DNA of 64,000 nucleotides, from positions 2,434,494-2,498,493 of the forward strand of contig NW_003314268.1 in NCBI RefSeq assembly GCF_000143415.4. Reading direction: 5' to 3'. Position 1 is the stretch's first letter; the number at the start of each line of letters is the position of its first letter. The position numbers and the translations under genes are program-made. The stretch is from Selaginella moellendorffii (lineage: Eukaryota > Plantae > Lycopodiophyta). Below, piece after piece: positions 11,484 to 24,057 of the stretch. The notes below the pieces were generated by a model, which was given only the letters and a program-made list of their open reading frames with translations, was not told where the DNA came from and made no database searches.

Positions 11484-13796
11484 ACTTGGTATTGGAGCCG
11501 TTCCTTAGTCTGACATTTATTGAAGCTCAAGTATATCACCATTGATATTGGCATCGGAAGGTCCTAGGAGTGGGCCTATCCTTAAGGAGCAGCATGTCGA
11601 GAGGACATGGCTCTCCACTCAAGTTCATGTGTGAACTTGGGCGTGATGTGGTGGACAGAAAAGAGCCAGTAAGGGAATGACTTTGGGATCTTGGGAATAG
11701 TATAAGGGTTTCCTCAGAGAGTTGAGGATGTGATCCAGATGAGTGTTTGACTTAGCAAATTGGTTGATGTAGTTGTGGTAAACAACTACAGTTAAGATCA
11801 TGGGAAAGATGCAAACTCCAAAACAATAAATGAGTCACAAGATTACCCTTATATAGTTGGGGCTGGTGCTCATAAATTTGAGACCAAAATTGATGACTGT
11901 GGGCAGTCAAATATAGAAGAGGACACAAGTCCTTGAAATGGTAGCTGGGGCTACCTCTAATAAATGCTGGAACAACCCAAGGAGTTGGGGGTGTACTTAG
12001 AGGATGAGTTGGTATTCTCATCACATGGACAAGTGGTTCTAAGGGATAAAAGGTTACCCCAAGAGAACAAATCAAGTGTTAAAGTAACACTTGCAAAGAT
12101 GGTCCTTGTGAGTAGGACCTGAATACAAGAAGTTGTATTCCAGTGAGTGGGCACCTCAAAGGTAGGACCTCATGGGTCGTCGGATGATAAAGTCCAAAAA
12201 GCTGGATGACTCAAATAGAGTCAAGGAATAATCATAAAGGAGTGATGGAAGCATTTGGACTGAGGTGTGTTGTACCCCATGAAGGATGGGGGGGATCATA
12301 GGATCTAAGTATGAGAACAAAGGGTATCTCATCGAAGGCAGAATGTGCTATGCTAAAGTCGTGGGAAAGGTATTCCCCAAAAGAAAACAACTTCGGCATA
12401 AAGTTGTGTGTGAACACTATGGTGCAGTGCTAACTGATAGTTGGCATAAGAAATAACCGTATTGGTCTTTGGCAAAGACCTAGACACAAGTAAGAAGTGT
12501 TATAAAGGTAGGCTCATGCAAAATAATTGGTTAAATTGGTAGAAGGGAACTACCTAAGACTTCTTATGGGGATAAGGAAGTTAGATATACCCTTACGGGG
12601 GAGAAACTGCTTATGTTGTAAAATAGTAAGTCAATGTTGTAAAAGGGAATGCTCATTGTCAAAGAGGCCATCATTGGGACACCTAAACACTCTAGAACAC
12701 TAGGAGGTGGTGTTTGATGTCGCAAGGGCAATAGATAAGGCCTAAGGGACTAAGTCCCTAGCGAATAATGAATAGAAGATGCTATCCAAATGTCTAAGGT
12801 TGCAAAAACGGGAAAAGTCCGTCTACCCAAATTAGATAAAGCCAAAAATGGAATTTTGGCAAGGCTAGTGATAGGCATATAAAGGCCCATATGTAACAAC
12901 GTTAATCTTAGTATGTGGGATTATAAGGTGAGCATACCCAAATTGAGGAACCACTCCCTAGGCTATCGGGTAAGTTCATCCCCAAGAATACTTGCTAAGG
13001 CATGGTAGAAAGTGCAAAGCTATCCTCCTAGTTTGGAGGTGAATAACCGAAGGAAATGTGTGAGGCCAAAAGTAAGTAATAAGGGGATAGAACCAAATCA
13101 TAGGAATTGAAGAGCATAATCAAGGGTGGTTATGTCAGTTGGGAGTGGAGAATCAAGTGGGCGCTTGAGCATGTTGTTACTAGCAACCGTGGGGCTATGA
13201 AGAGTCTAAAGCATAGAATTGTCCATATTAGACCATATGGTAATTGGAAAGCTTGCGAAAGGAGAAGCCTTAGCAAGCTAAGGAACAAAGTTTCTTGAAG
13301 GTTCTTGAAGACAATTCTAAGTAGATAAGTACCTAGAAAGCCAAATATAAATGGTTCCTAGAATGCGCGAAATCAAAGTGGCACAGCAGAAGCGTGGTCT
13401 TAAAGCTGACTATGAGGCGAGGCTATCAAGGTTGGGGAAGTAGTTCCCGAGTGTTCAAAGAGAGGGCTTTGAACAAAAGTCAATGGTTAAGGACTTGCAC
13501 ACTTATGCATGAACTATGTTACGGTGGCTAGATGACTTGCTACGCGAGATTGGTGAGTCAGGGGAACAAATCCCCTAGTTGAAGGTGCTAACTTCAAAAG
13601 GGGTGGCCCATGGGGCCGAGCATAGAGGAGTCTATGCATGATCACAGACTTGTCAAGCTAGAAGACTTGGTAGTGCAGAGGAACTAGGTTCCTAACCTGT
13701 GATCTATAACACGCTTTAAGTATAAGTTGGTGCACCAACGTGGGGAGTCATACTAGGCATCCTGTGCAATGCCATCCATAGATGCATATAGGTTGG

Positions 13797-16700
13797 TGTC
13801 GCGAATGTGACTTCGGGTATCGAAAGTTACCTGTCGGCTAGTCCTTACGGACACTCTTACCTTATTGCCACGATGGCAAGAGGTCGGTATTGCTAGACCC
13901 GTTATCAGTCTCCGCCTAAGCTAGTTGAGAAACTGGTCATCACATGTGCACTTAGACCGGAAGGGCACTAAGGAAGGAAATCCTAAGTTGTCATTTAGTC
14001 AAGCAGACTTGACACAGTGATGAGAAACTCATGATGTTGGCTTGCACTTGCTAGTGTTGGGAACCCCCGCGATATTGAGCTTGGTCCCTCAATATCGCTA
14101 GATGATAGCTTACCGTGTCCGCCAAACACCCTCGCTATCATGCCCTTTGTGTTAGTCTCATTTCGGTCCCAAATACTATTTATGGAAAGTGTCTAGATTT
14201 GCTCATTTGGCATATCTACGGAATGTAGAGATCGGCCTGAACACAATGGTGTTCGTCCCGTGTCCAAATTCGCATTCTAAGGACATTCCATATTTAGTAA
14301 GTTTCAAGCTTGTCCTAGAGACTAACTCCTGATACTAAGGGAGGCTTGGGGTGAAAGCCCAAAGCATGTGTTCCTCAAGGGGGGGGGGGCTGTGGGGGGT
14401 TCCAAATGTATAGTAGGGATAGTGGGTAGGTCGGGCATGGCCAACCAACCTGAGGCATAGTCTAGCTCCCGCTTGCGTGCCTGTCCTTGTTCTGCGTCCG
14501 GCTTGGGTCTAAGCCCAAGTTCCATTCCATGCTAGCTGGTGGAGTACCCATGTCCTCACGTTAGGCCACCGGTATGCTGAAATAGCGCCAGACTCCGTTT
14601 GGCTCTGTTTTGCGTGCTGGTCCTGGCATTAGGATGCTGGTTGCTCCAGGACTGTTCCAAGTCGCTCCGGGCTCCTGTCCCTTCGCTCCTTGTGCTATAT
14701 GCTCGGGAGTTGCTCCATGGTCCGGTTCCATCACTCCTTGGTGTCACGCTTGGGAGTTTGGCACCGTTCCTTCATTCAGTGGCCCAAGGCCCTGAACCTC
14801 GGGTTCCTATGGACACGTGGCATGGACATGTGGTATGTGACACGTGGCATCTGTCACGTGGCACAAAGAGGGTTTAGGTTCCGCTTCGTGGTGGTATCCT
14901 ATGGTAAATCGCCATAGGATAAAGGGTCAAAACCACGTGCACTACATTTGGTATCAGAGAATGAGTCTCAGCGAGTACTATTCAATGAGATTGGGCAACT
15001 AGTCTCGTTGCATACGCAGAGATGAAAACGATGATCCGAGTGGGTACACGTTTGGGTGCTAAGACTTCACATTCGTTCCTTGGGATAGGTTTTGGTTACC
15101 TTTTTGTTCCATATTATGTGAGCTTGCTCTTGGGCTCATAGGGTGGATTGAGTTGTTCCAGTAGCACGAGTTTGCGCTTGGGCTCGTGAGTGAGGCGCAT
15201 TAGCAACTCGAGGTTACACTTTGAGTTGGCAGGATTAATGTTAGCCTATCGGTGGTTCCATGAGTTGTTCCATGTACCATGGGTGAAAGCAAACTTCCCT
15301 GGGTTTGCTATGAGTGGCAAATAGGCTGGTCCGTAGCTGTTTAGCACGGCACTAGTGGATTCTTCCTAGGCATGATTACGAGTGGATCAATCAAGACTGT
15401 AGGGATGAGTCTATTGATTCAAGTAATTGTTGCCGTGCTCTCTCATAAACTTTTCTTCGATTGAACTGAAGGTAGTGCGAAAGCAAGCTTGAGGTTTGGT
15501 CAAAGATGAGACCGAAAAGAGAGTTATCGAGGACGGAGGATCAAATACGTAAATCATCTTCTCTTCTTGGAGAGATGATTTGCAACGAGGTGTTAACTCA
15601 TTGCTTGTGTTCACATCATGCAATCAAGAGTCCCTATCTTGATGCATGTTGGAGATGGTGGTTTTACAATGGTGAGTTATGGGATGGATAGCAGTGAAGC
15701 GCTAAACCATTTTATCTAAGCTTGCTATTGGAAGACTTGGGTTGCAATGCTCAATTCTTTTCCGGGAACCTTGCTACTGCTCCTTGAGTAGCTTGGTGTT
15801 GGATTAGTGTTGAGTTTGGTCGGAAAGAGAGTGGCATGAGCTTGTCCGTGTGGTGAACAAAAGTTAGTGATGTTGGGTGTTGTAAAACTCTATCAGTGGA
15901 ATGTGGCATTTATGTCGCATTTTGTCGAATTGAGTTAGCACTTGATGCTCACATAAACCTTTGAAGTAATGACATTCGCATTGCTCATATTGTTGCTTGA
16001 TTGATGATCAAGTCATTGTGATACTTATATCATATCCATGTGATAATGAACAATGTGTTTACGAAGTTGCTTGGTTAACGATGATCAACCCCAAAGTGGT
16101 TGATAGTGAAGCTAGTCTACTTGCAAGAAGTAGCATTGTAGTAGCTTTGATTGGATTCTCAATGGTGCTCCATTATGCTAAGCTTAAGTTGGTACGTTGT
16201 GTCCTTGAGGGTTTGCCCATAAAGGTGTTGGAAAAGGGTTATAGCATTTACTTGCTATGGCTTGTCGGTTGACCCGTTAGCACTTGGAGTAAATTGTTGA
16301 ATGGAGAAGATGTGTAGTTGAGGCATTGACATTGCTAGCACTTGTGTTAGTGGAAGTGGCATTGTTATTTCGAGTGATGAGGAAGTTTTCCTTGGACCTT
16401 GATTTTCTATGTCATTTTTCTTGTTAGTGTTTTGGCTTCACATTGGATCTTGAAGGTGATTGAAGAAGAGTGTTAGTGCAATGTGGATATCCGAAGATGT
16501 GGTTTTCGTGATCAAGCCTTGGATGTTCATTTTGCACTTTGCGGATGTCGGAGTTAGATGTCGGAAAAATGGGCAAAGATGTTCGAGGCTTAAGCATATT
16601 GTTGGACCTGAGAATTTGTGTTGAGGTGAATCTATGTGAAGTTGTTGGTAGGAGGAAGTTGGTTGAGTCCTGAAAGTTTGCATTCCTGGACTAAGAGTCA

Positions 16701-19700
16701 TTCTTTCTCTAGGATGGAAAATTTTCCACAAATTTTCTTAGACTTTTCCAATGGCTGATCTATTGATCACTTTGCTCGAAAACCATTCCATTTTCAAAAG
16801 CCAGTACAAACTAGTGAAGGGGTTAGAGTTGACTTCGGTTGGCTTAGATCTTAGTAGATAGTTTGTATGATGCGACCCGAAAGGGATGCTAACTTTTGGG
16901 GCTAAAGCAATTGAGTTGGATAGAGTCTGGAGTTGGTGTAGAAAAGTGGCCGCTACACTTTTCTAAGAAAGGTGACTCTTATGCCTTTCTTTTGTAGCAT
17001 TATGCTCGGTGGCAGGTTGCACCTTGCATTTTGCTAAGACTCTATGAGAGTAGTGAGCTCTCACTGATCTTGACTTAGTCTTGGCAGCCCTGCACCTTGG
17101 CTGAGGATGGTGATGTCCAACTTAGTTGTTTAAGGTTGAGATGTTGGTACCCGTACTATAGCTTTGTCTATGAGGAGGTTGTGTACCGATGTGAGTTCAT
17201 CTCATGGTCTTCACTTTAGTTTCGACTGAGTGTTGATCATGCATAGCTAGCCTCTTCAAGGCATGCTCAGAGCTATTGACTAAATGCATTAGTGAGCTTA
17301 TTGCGGTTGAGTTGGATTCGAGTGGTCATTTAGTTTGTGCTTGTCTATGAACTTTTATCTCGTATCTGGGGTATTATGTTCATGTTGGACAAGTATGTAA
17401 CTTGATGACATGAGTTAGTGTTTGGGTCTTGTGAAGGCAAGTTGAAGGGTGATTGTTAGTTGCTTTGCGACTAGTGATTACTTGTAGACTTTGTCAAAAA
17501 GACTGTTGATACTTGCTTTGCTCGATGATGATTTAGCAGTGATGGGCTTGCTTTACCGGATGGTGTTGCGGAGGATCGTGTCGTTAGGCTTACATGGGTT
17601 TTCCATGTTGGCATGTCGACTCTATCTTTGTTTATATCATTTGGTTGCATTTAGTTCATAGTGTTGGATTTCATGGAGTCTTGGATGTGGTGATTCACTC
17701 CTTGAGAAAGTGTTATCTGTAGCTGAGTATTGTTGAAGGATTAGTCTCGGATACTGAATTAAGTATCTTCGACCTTGGTTAGCTTAGTTGTTAGAGAGTT
17801 TTGAGTGGTGATTCACTCTTGCTTTCTTCTAGCTTTGTTATAGTGTTAATGGCATTGAAATGATGCCTTGTCATTGATATTATTGATGTTGGGATTCAAG
17901 TGAGATGAGATGTCTATCCTTATGATTGATATTGAGTTTCATTAGTCTCAATAGAGATAGTGTTGATGATTTGGTTGTAGCTTTGTGTTATTAGCATTCG
18001 TGCATTTGCTAGTTAGCAACTGTATTGACGTTCAAATAAACTAAGTGGCAAGTTGGGTTAGTTGTGTTCTAGACGAGATTGTTTAGTAGAGGTTGAGTTC
18101 TGGCTTTTCCTTGAAAAGTGATTCAGTCATGGACTATGCTAACTCTAAAAGTGGAAGAGTTAGTGATCGATATTGGAAAGTTTGAATCCTTATTGGGTTT
18201 GAGTTGGAATATATCGATCATTGGTGATTCTTCTTGTGCTTGTTATGAAGTGAGTTACGTCTTGCTATAGATGGATTCATGGAGGATCGTTTAGTGATCA
18301 TTTGTCGGGCATAGCTTCATTATGCTTAGCTTTTGGATTGATGCAGAAATGCTCTTCATTAGCTTTGGCATTATGAAGTTTGGATGGCTTATGGATGTGT
18401 TGAAGAAGACATTGTGGGTTGCACCATGATTTCTTCTTTAGCATTGAAATTTGCTTCTATGAGACTCGTGATCATTATTAGGCAAGACTTAGCTATAAGT
18501 TTCTTCGAGCTTTGGTTCTTTGAATTTTATGCTCATTGTTCCATTGGTTTGAAGTTGTTGGGGAAGGCATTTTGGCTCATTAGCTTTAATGTTGAAGTTG
18601 GCTTTTGCATCTAGCAATCATTGGTGATGATTGACTATCATCTAGGAAAGTTGATTATCCTTGTCGAAGGTTTTGCTTGATTATCGTTGATCTAAAATGA
18701 TTTGCCATTGTTCGGGATGGTGGATTCTTTCTTCAATGATGATTATGCATCTCTTTATTGATGGAATGATTGATGATCTTTCATGATAGTTAGTTGTTCT
18801 CTTTGATGGCTTATGGCTTTTTGCAATACCACATGTTCTTTGTGGTTTACTCTGGATTGGTTTCTTGGGTTTGAAACATCAGTAGGATGTTGCTAACACT
18901 TGCTTAGGCAACTTGAGTTCCTTGGTATTGTTGGCTGGGATCTATTCAGATTGGCTTTTGTGATAGTTAGCAGGCATGAGTGTTTGTTGGTCTTCCCACA
19001 TTCATTCTCTTATGTTGATTATTGCTCGAGTTAGTTTTGATAGATTTGGATGTTATTTCCTTTGGGTGATACATTCGCGAGCATTGTGCTTGTTAGTCAA
19101 TAATACTTTGTGTTCTTTGAGTTGTGTTTTGTGAGTTGTTTGGCATGCTATCTGCCATTTTCGGTAGTTCAGTTTCATCATTGAGTTTACTTGATGATAT
19201 ACTTGCTATTGAATTTTGTTGGATGGTGCATCCTATGTTTTCCAATGATAGTGATCTTGGTAGTTCCTATCTACAATACTACTGGTTTATCGGATGATAA
19301 CTTGCTTAGAATACTTTTGTGTTCTACTCTAAGATATAATCACTAGTAATTAAGCTTCTCAGATATCATTGTCTCTGACTTTGATATTGTCCATCCATTG
19401 ATCTTTGCGTTTGGGCCAGTATAGGCAGACTGGCTTCGGCACTTCGTGTGCATGGTGAAATCTCTAGTCATGGGGTAGCTACTGTCGACTGGTCATATAA
19501 CCCGCCTCTCTGTCGATGTTCCTTATTCTGTGAAAGGGCGTGACCGTGTAAACAACTCTACCTGCCTGTTTACAGTAGTCTATCTAAACCTTACCGACGG
19601 GTTTGGTTTCTTTGCTTAGGAGGGTTGGGGCCTCTGGCTTCTCTCTCTATGTCCCTGCGGGCAAGGGCATATCACACTTTTGTAAGCTGGGTGACTCCCA

Positions 19701-21086
19701 GAGCAGCAAGGGTGGCTGACTCCGTTGGTCATTTCCTTGTCGGCGACGGCCGGAAGGTGTTTGAGCTGGTAGCGCATCCGCGTTAGACAAAGAGGTTGCC
19801 CCCTTAACTCATTTAAGTTGGTGCATTTTTCACATAGTGTGAGTACCGTGAACTTTTTCTGGAGTTGTTTCCTTGGCGGTATTCTAGACTCGAGTATGCA
19901 TCGACGAGGACGTCGATTTTCCCAAGGGGGGGAGAGTGTCGCGAATGTGACTTCGGGTATCGAAAGTTACCTGTCGGCTAGTAGTTATGGACACTCTTAC
20001 CTTATTGCCACGATGGCAAGAGGTCGGTATTGCTGGACCCATTATCAGTCTCCGCCTAAGCTAGTTGAGAAACTGGTCATCACATGTGCACTTAGACCGG
20101 AAGGGCACTAAGGAAGGAAATCCTAAGTTGTCATTTAGTCAAGCAGACTTGACACGGTGATGAGAAACTCATGATGTTGGCTTGCACTTGCTAGTGTTGG
20201 GAACCCCCGCGATATTGAGCTTGGTCCCTCAATATCGCTAGATGATAGCTTACCGTGTCCGCCAAACACCCTCGCTATCATGCCCTTTGTGTTAGTCTCA
20301 TTTCGGTCCCAAATACTATTTATGGAAAGTGTCTAGATTTGCTCATTTGGCATATCTACGGAATGTAGAGATCGGCCTGAACACAATGGTGTTCGTCCCG
20401 TGTCCAAATTCGCATTCTAAGGACATTCCATATTTAGTAAGTTTCAAGCTTGTCCCAGAGACTAACTCCTGATACTAAGGGAGGCTTGGGGTGAAAGCCC
20501 AAAGCGTGTGTTCCTCAAGGGGGGGGGGGCTGTGGGGGGTTCCAAATGTATAGTAGGGATAGTGGGTAGGTCGGGCATGGCCGACCAACCTGAGGCATAG
20601 TCTAGCTCCCGCTTGCGTGCCTGTCCTTGTTCTGCGTCCGGCTTGGGTCTAAGCCCAAGTTCCATTCCATGCTAGCTGGTGGAGTACCCATGTCCTCACG
20701 TTAGGCCACCGATATGCTGAAATAGCGCCAGACTCCGTTTGGCTCTGTTTTGCGTGCTGGTCCTGGCATTGGGATGCTGGTTGCTCCAGGACTGTTCCAA
20801 GTCGCTCCGGGCTCCTGTCCCTTCGCTCCTTGGGCTATATGCTTGGGAGTTGCTCCATGGTCCGGTTCCATCACTCCTTGGTGTCACGCTTGGGAGTTTG
20901 GCACCGTTCCTTCATTCAGTGGCCCAAGGCCCTGAACCTCGGGTTCCTATGGACACGTGGCATGGACACGTGGTATGTGACACGTGGCATCTGTCACGTG
21001 GCACAAAGAGGGTTTAGGTTCCGCTTCGTGGTGGTATCCTATGGTAAATCGCCATAGGATAAAGGGTCAAAACCACGTGCGCTACA
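13797..21086 (+). mobile_element. Element B: young non-autonomous LTR retroelement (1150 bp LTRs, ~5 kb ORF-less interior)
   Basis: LTRs 13797-14946 and 19937-21086 differ at roughly 15 positions by eye. PBS TGGTATCAGAG at 14949, G-rich PPT AAGGGGGGGAGAG before 19937, perfect TSD GTTGG. Confidence 0.95.
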
Positions 21087-22606
21087 GTTGGGATCGAGTC
21101 CCGACCCTCTAGTGCTTAGGTTCGAGTCCCAAATCACTAGGGTGTGGTGATGGTTTGGAATATGAGGACACTTATATTTCGGTGGTCATGGACTCTTAGT
21201 GAGGAGACTGGTTTGGGCACACCGCCAAGCGAGGGATGCCTTGGAGTCATGATGCACGGTTAGATTGCTTAGTGTGGCTCAGCATATCTAACTTGAACAC
21301 TTTGGTGCGAGTGGCACCAAGGACGTGGTGAATGAGATGGGGACACCCAGTCTCAGTTGCTATGGACCCTTAGCCGGAAGGGCTGGCTTGGGTGCACCGC
21401 CAAGTGTGGGGGATGCCCCCAAGGTCATGGTCAACAACTTAAAAGTCTAAAGGACTTAGTACCTATTGGCAAACCTATTAAGGTGCCAAGGTTAGATCAC
21501 TAAGTGATTTTATGGCTAAAACAAGGATAAAGTCCTTGTAAGGTTAGCAGATAATGTTCCTAGTTCAAAGTGTTGAATTGAACTATTGATGATAGTGTGG
21601 CTTGGTCAAAGTGACCAAGTGGGAGGAACACCTAATGGAAATAATCTATGGCAATGCGATGGCATAGTGAGTCTGAAGAAAATAATCTCTATAAGAGACC
21701 CATGGGAAGGTCACAAAGTTGGGTTAGGGATAAAGCCCAGAATAGAAAATGTTAAAGAGACTTACTAGGGGTGAACACCCTCTGGACTTAGCAAAGCAAA
21801 GTCTTTGTTGTGGAACTGAAAGGATACCTTGAGAATAGAGGTAACGATCCGATGTTGTTAGGTGCAACAATCAAGGATAGGAGCAAAAGAATAAAGGCTA
21901 AGAAAAGAGCCATGGGAATCGTGGGAAAGAATACAAAACGCAAAGTTAGGCCAAGAACGTTAATATGTTGAGTGCTAACGAATTGTGGGAAAAGCAATAT
22001 GTTTCCAAAGATGGATCCCCAATTGCTCCGATTTGGTGAAAGTGGAAGCTCCAAGGCAGGGAGCGGTAAAGTAGCCAAATGATAGGGACATGGACAACTC
22101 TAGCACAAATTACGATAACTAAAACTTAGTGCCAAAAGTCGCACCAAAATGGGAAAGAGGATGATGGTGCCCTCAAATAGAGAACTTCCAAAGATGGGGA
22201 AGGGGAGTTGCACAATATATGCAATGCAAGGTGTCAGAGACACTTAGGAAATTGACTCTAACAAGTCAAATTTAAAAGTTCCAGAGTGCAAGTTTATATC
22301 AATGGGAACTGAGGCTACTCAGGAGTGAGTAATGGGATTGAGATAGAGGAGGTGCCTCTAATAGGTTTAGCAAGAACTAAACTAATGAAAGGGAAAGAAC
22401 CACCATAGGTGGTCAATCGAGTCTCTATGTCTGAGAGGTTATACGCCTTAGAGGATGGAGAAGGCATGGTGAGCCTTCGGTGTTATACCATTGACAAATA
22501 TTGGTTAGGTGCTAAGGATGGAAAGGGTAATACATATTGGTGTTACTTTATAAAAATGATGTACCGTTCGATAAGGACATCGAACTTTGTCTATGGGTGG
22601 TGGAGT

Positions 22607-24057
22607 TGTGAGACACAAAATCCGTAGGCCCCAAAGTGGAGCCGAAAGGGTGCCACGTGGTAGTGGCCGAAGCGAAAACCAAACGAATGTAACACATTTG
22701 GACTGAAAGCTCCGACTTGAAAGGTTGAGAGCGGGAGTGGAACTCCCAACGGAGTGCTCAAGAAACGAGCATGACGCAGGACTGAGATGGAGTCCGAGAT
22801 GGACTCGAGATGGAGTCTGATATGGAGTTCGAGATGGACCGAGATGGAGTTTGAGATGGAGTCCAAGATGGAGTCTAAAAAGGACCCAAGATGGAGTCCA
22901 AGATGGAGTCTGAGAAGGACCCGAGATGGAGTCCAAAGTCGAGACCGAGATCAAGACCAGGAATGAGACTGAGACTGAGACCGAGACTGGGACCGAGATT
23001 GAGACCGAGACCAAGGCCGAGGCCAAGACTGAGTCCAAGGCCGAGTCCGAGTCCGAGTCCGAGTTCGAGTCTGAGAGGGTGAAAGCCCAAAGCATTCGTC
23101 TCCCAGACCCTGGGGGGTTTGGTGAGCTCCAAAAGTATAGTAAGGGGGAGGACTCCAGTGGAGCCAGTTTGGCTAGGAAAGGCTAGTTTGGACCAGGAAG
23201 GCTGCACCCAGGTGTTGGGTGAAGGGATAACCACTAGGAAGTCTAAGACTAGAGTGAATATGGACCGGCAAGCGGGGTAGCTTGGTGAAGTGTTCAAGAG
23301 CCGGCTTTAGTTCCCCCAGGAGATAAACTGGCTGATGCTCCCACTCCAAGTGTGGGTGGCACTACCTACTTGGATACTTGGCATGGCTCAATGGAACCTC
23401 GCTCTAAGCCCATGGCTAGAGCACCTAAAGGCGAAAGGTGGGGAGAGTACCCATGAGGCCCGCGTAGGGTCACGGTGTTCCGAAATGTTGTCCCAAAGTC
23501 CTAGTTTATGGAAAAGAAGAGGAGTAGCCCTCTGGTGTGGTGACCAAGGACACAGTCACACAGTGAAGAAGTCCTACAGGACAATGGGACTTAGTGGTCG
23601 GGCCCGTGGGCCTTGATCCAGTGGCAGTGTTGGCGAACATGGCCAAGGACAGAAAGGGACTTGGTGGAGACTGGAATAGAGATATTGGGGAAGGCTATTC
23701 CCCATGTTTGTAGGCATCCTAAGGATGCTAAGGAGTGAATTTGGGATGACCACTCATGGGCGAATGACCCAGTCTTGGAGAGACGGGATTGCAATGTAGG
23801 TGGTGGTGACCAGGTGAATGAGTGTGGCCTAGCGTAACGGGCTCATATGTCGGTGGTACCTTGGGGTGTCGGTCATGGGATTGGACGCTTGGAGCACTTG
23901 GACCAGCTGCAAAGGTTGAGTGGCATGGATGCCATTCTTGGGGCTAACAAGCCCTAAGTCTTGAATAGGATTTATGGAGGTTGTGAATGAGACTCCTCCA
24001 AGTGGTCGAAGATGCGGTTAAGAGAGTAAAGTAGAATGGAAAAATTAGTCGCTTACA
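22607..24057 (+). repeat. Family A 3' LTR
   Basis: Termini TGTGAG..CTTACA, collinear with 10008-11483. Confidence 0.9.

Larger units (their letters stand above)
10008..24057 (+). mobile_element. Element A: full-length non-autonomous (LARD-like) LTR retroelement carrying nested element B
   Basis: TG..CA LTRs at 10008-11483 and 22607-24057; Met-like PBS TGGTATTGGAGCC at 11487; purine tract before 22607; TSD GAAGG/GAAAG. The ~3.8 kb internal region has no long ORF. Confidence 0.9.

Noticed and set aside
14325-14370. Possible hammerhead ribozyme (retrozyme) around the GAAA hairpin in the LTRs
   Set aside because: No properly placed CUGANGA core or three-helix junction could be found by eye; an Infernal search would settle it.
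21087-21135. tRNA gene
   Set aside because: Only T-arm-like hairpins are present; no acceptor, D or anticodon arms.
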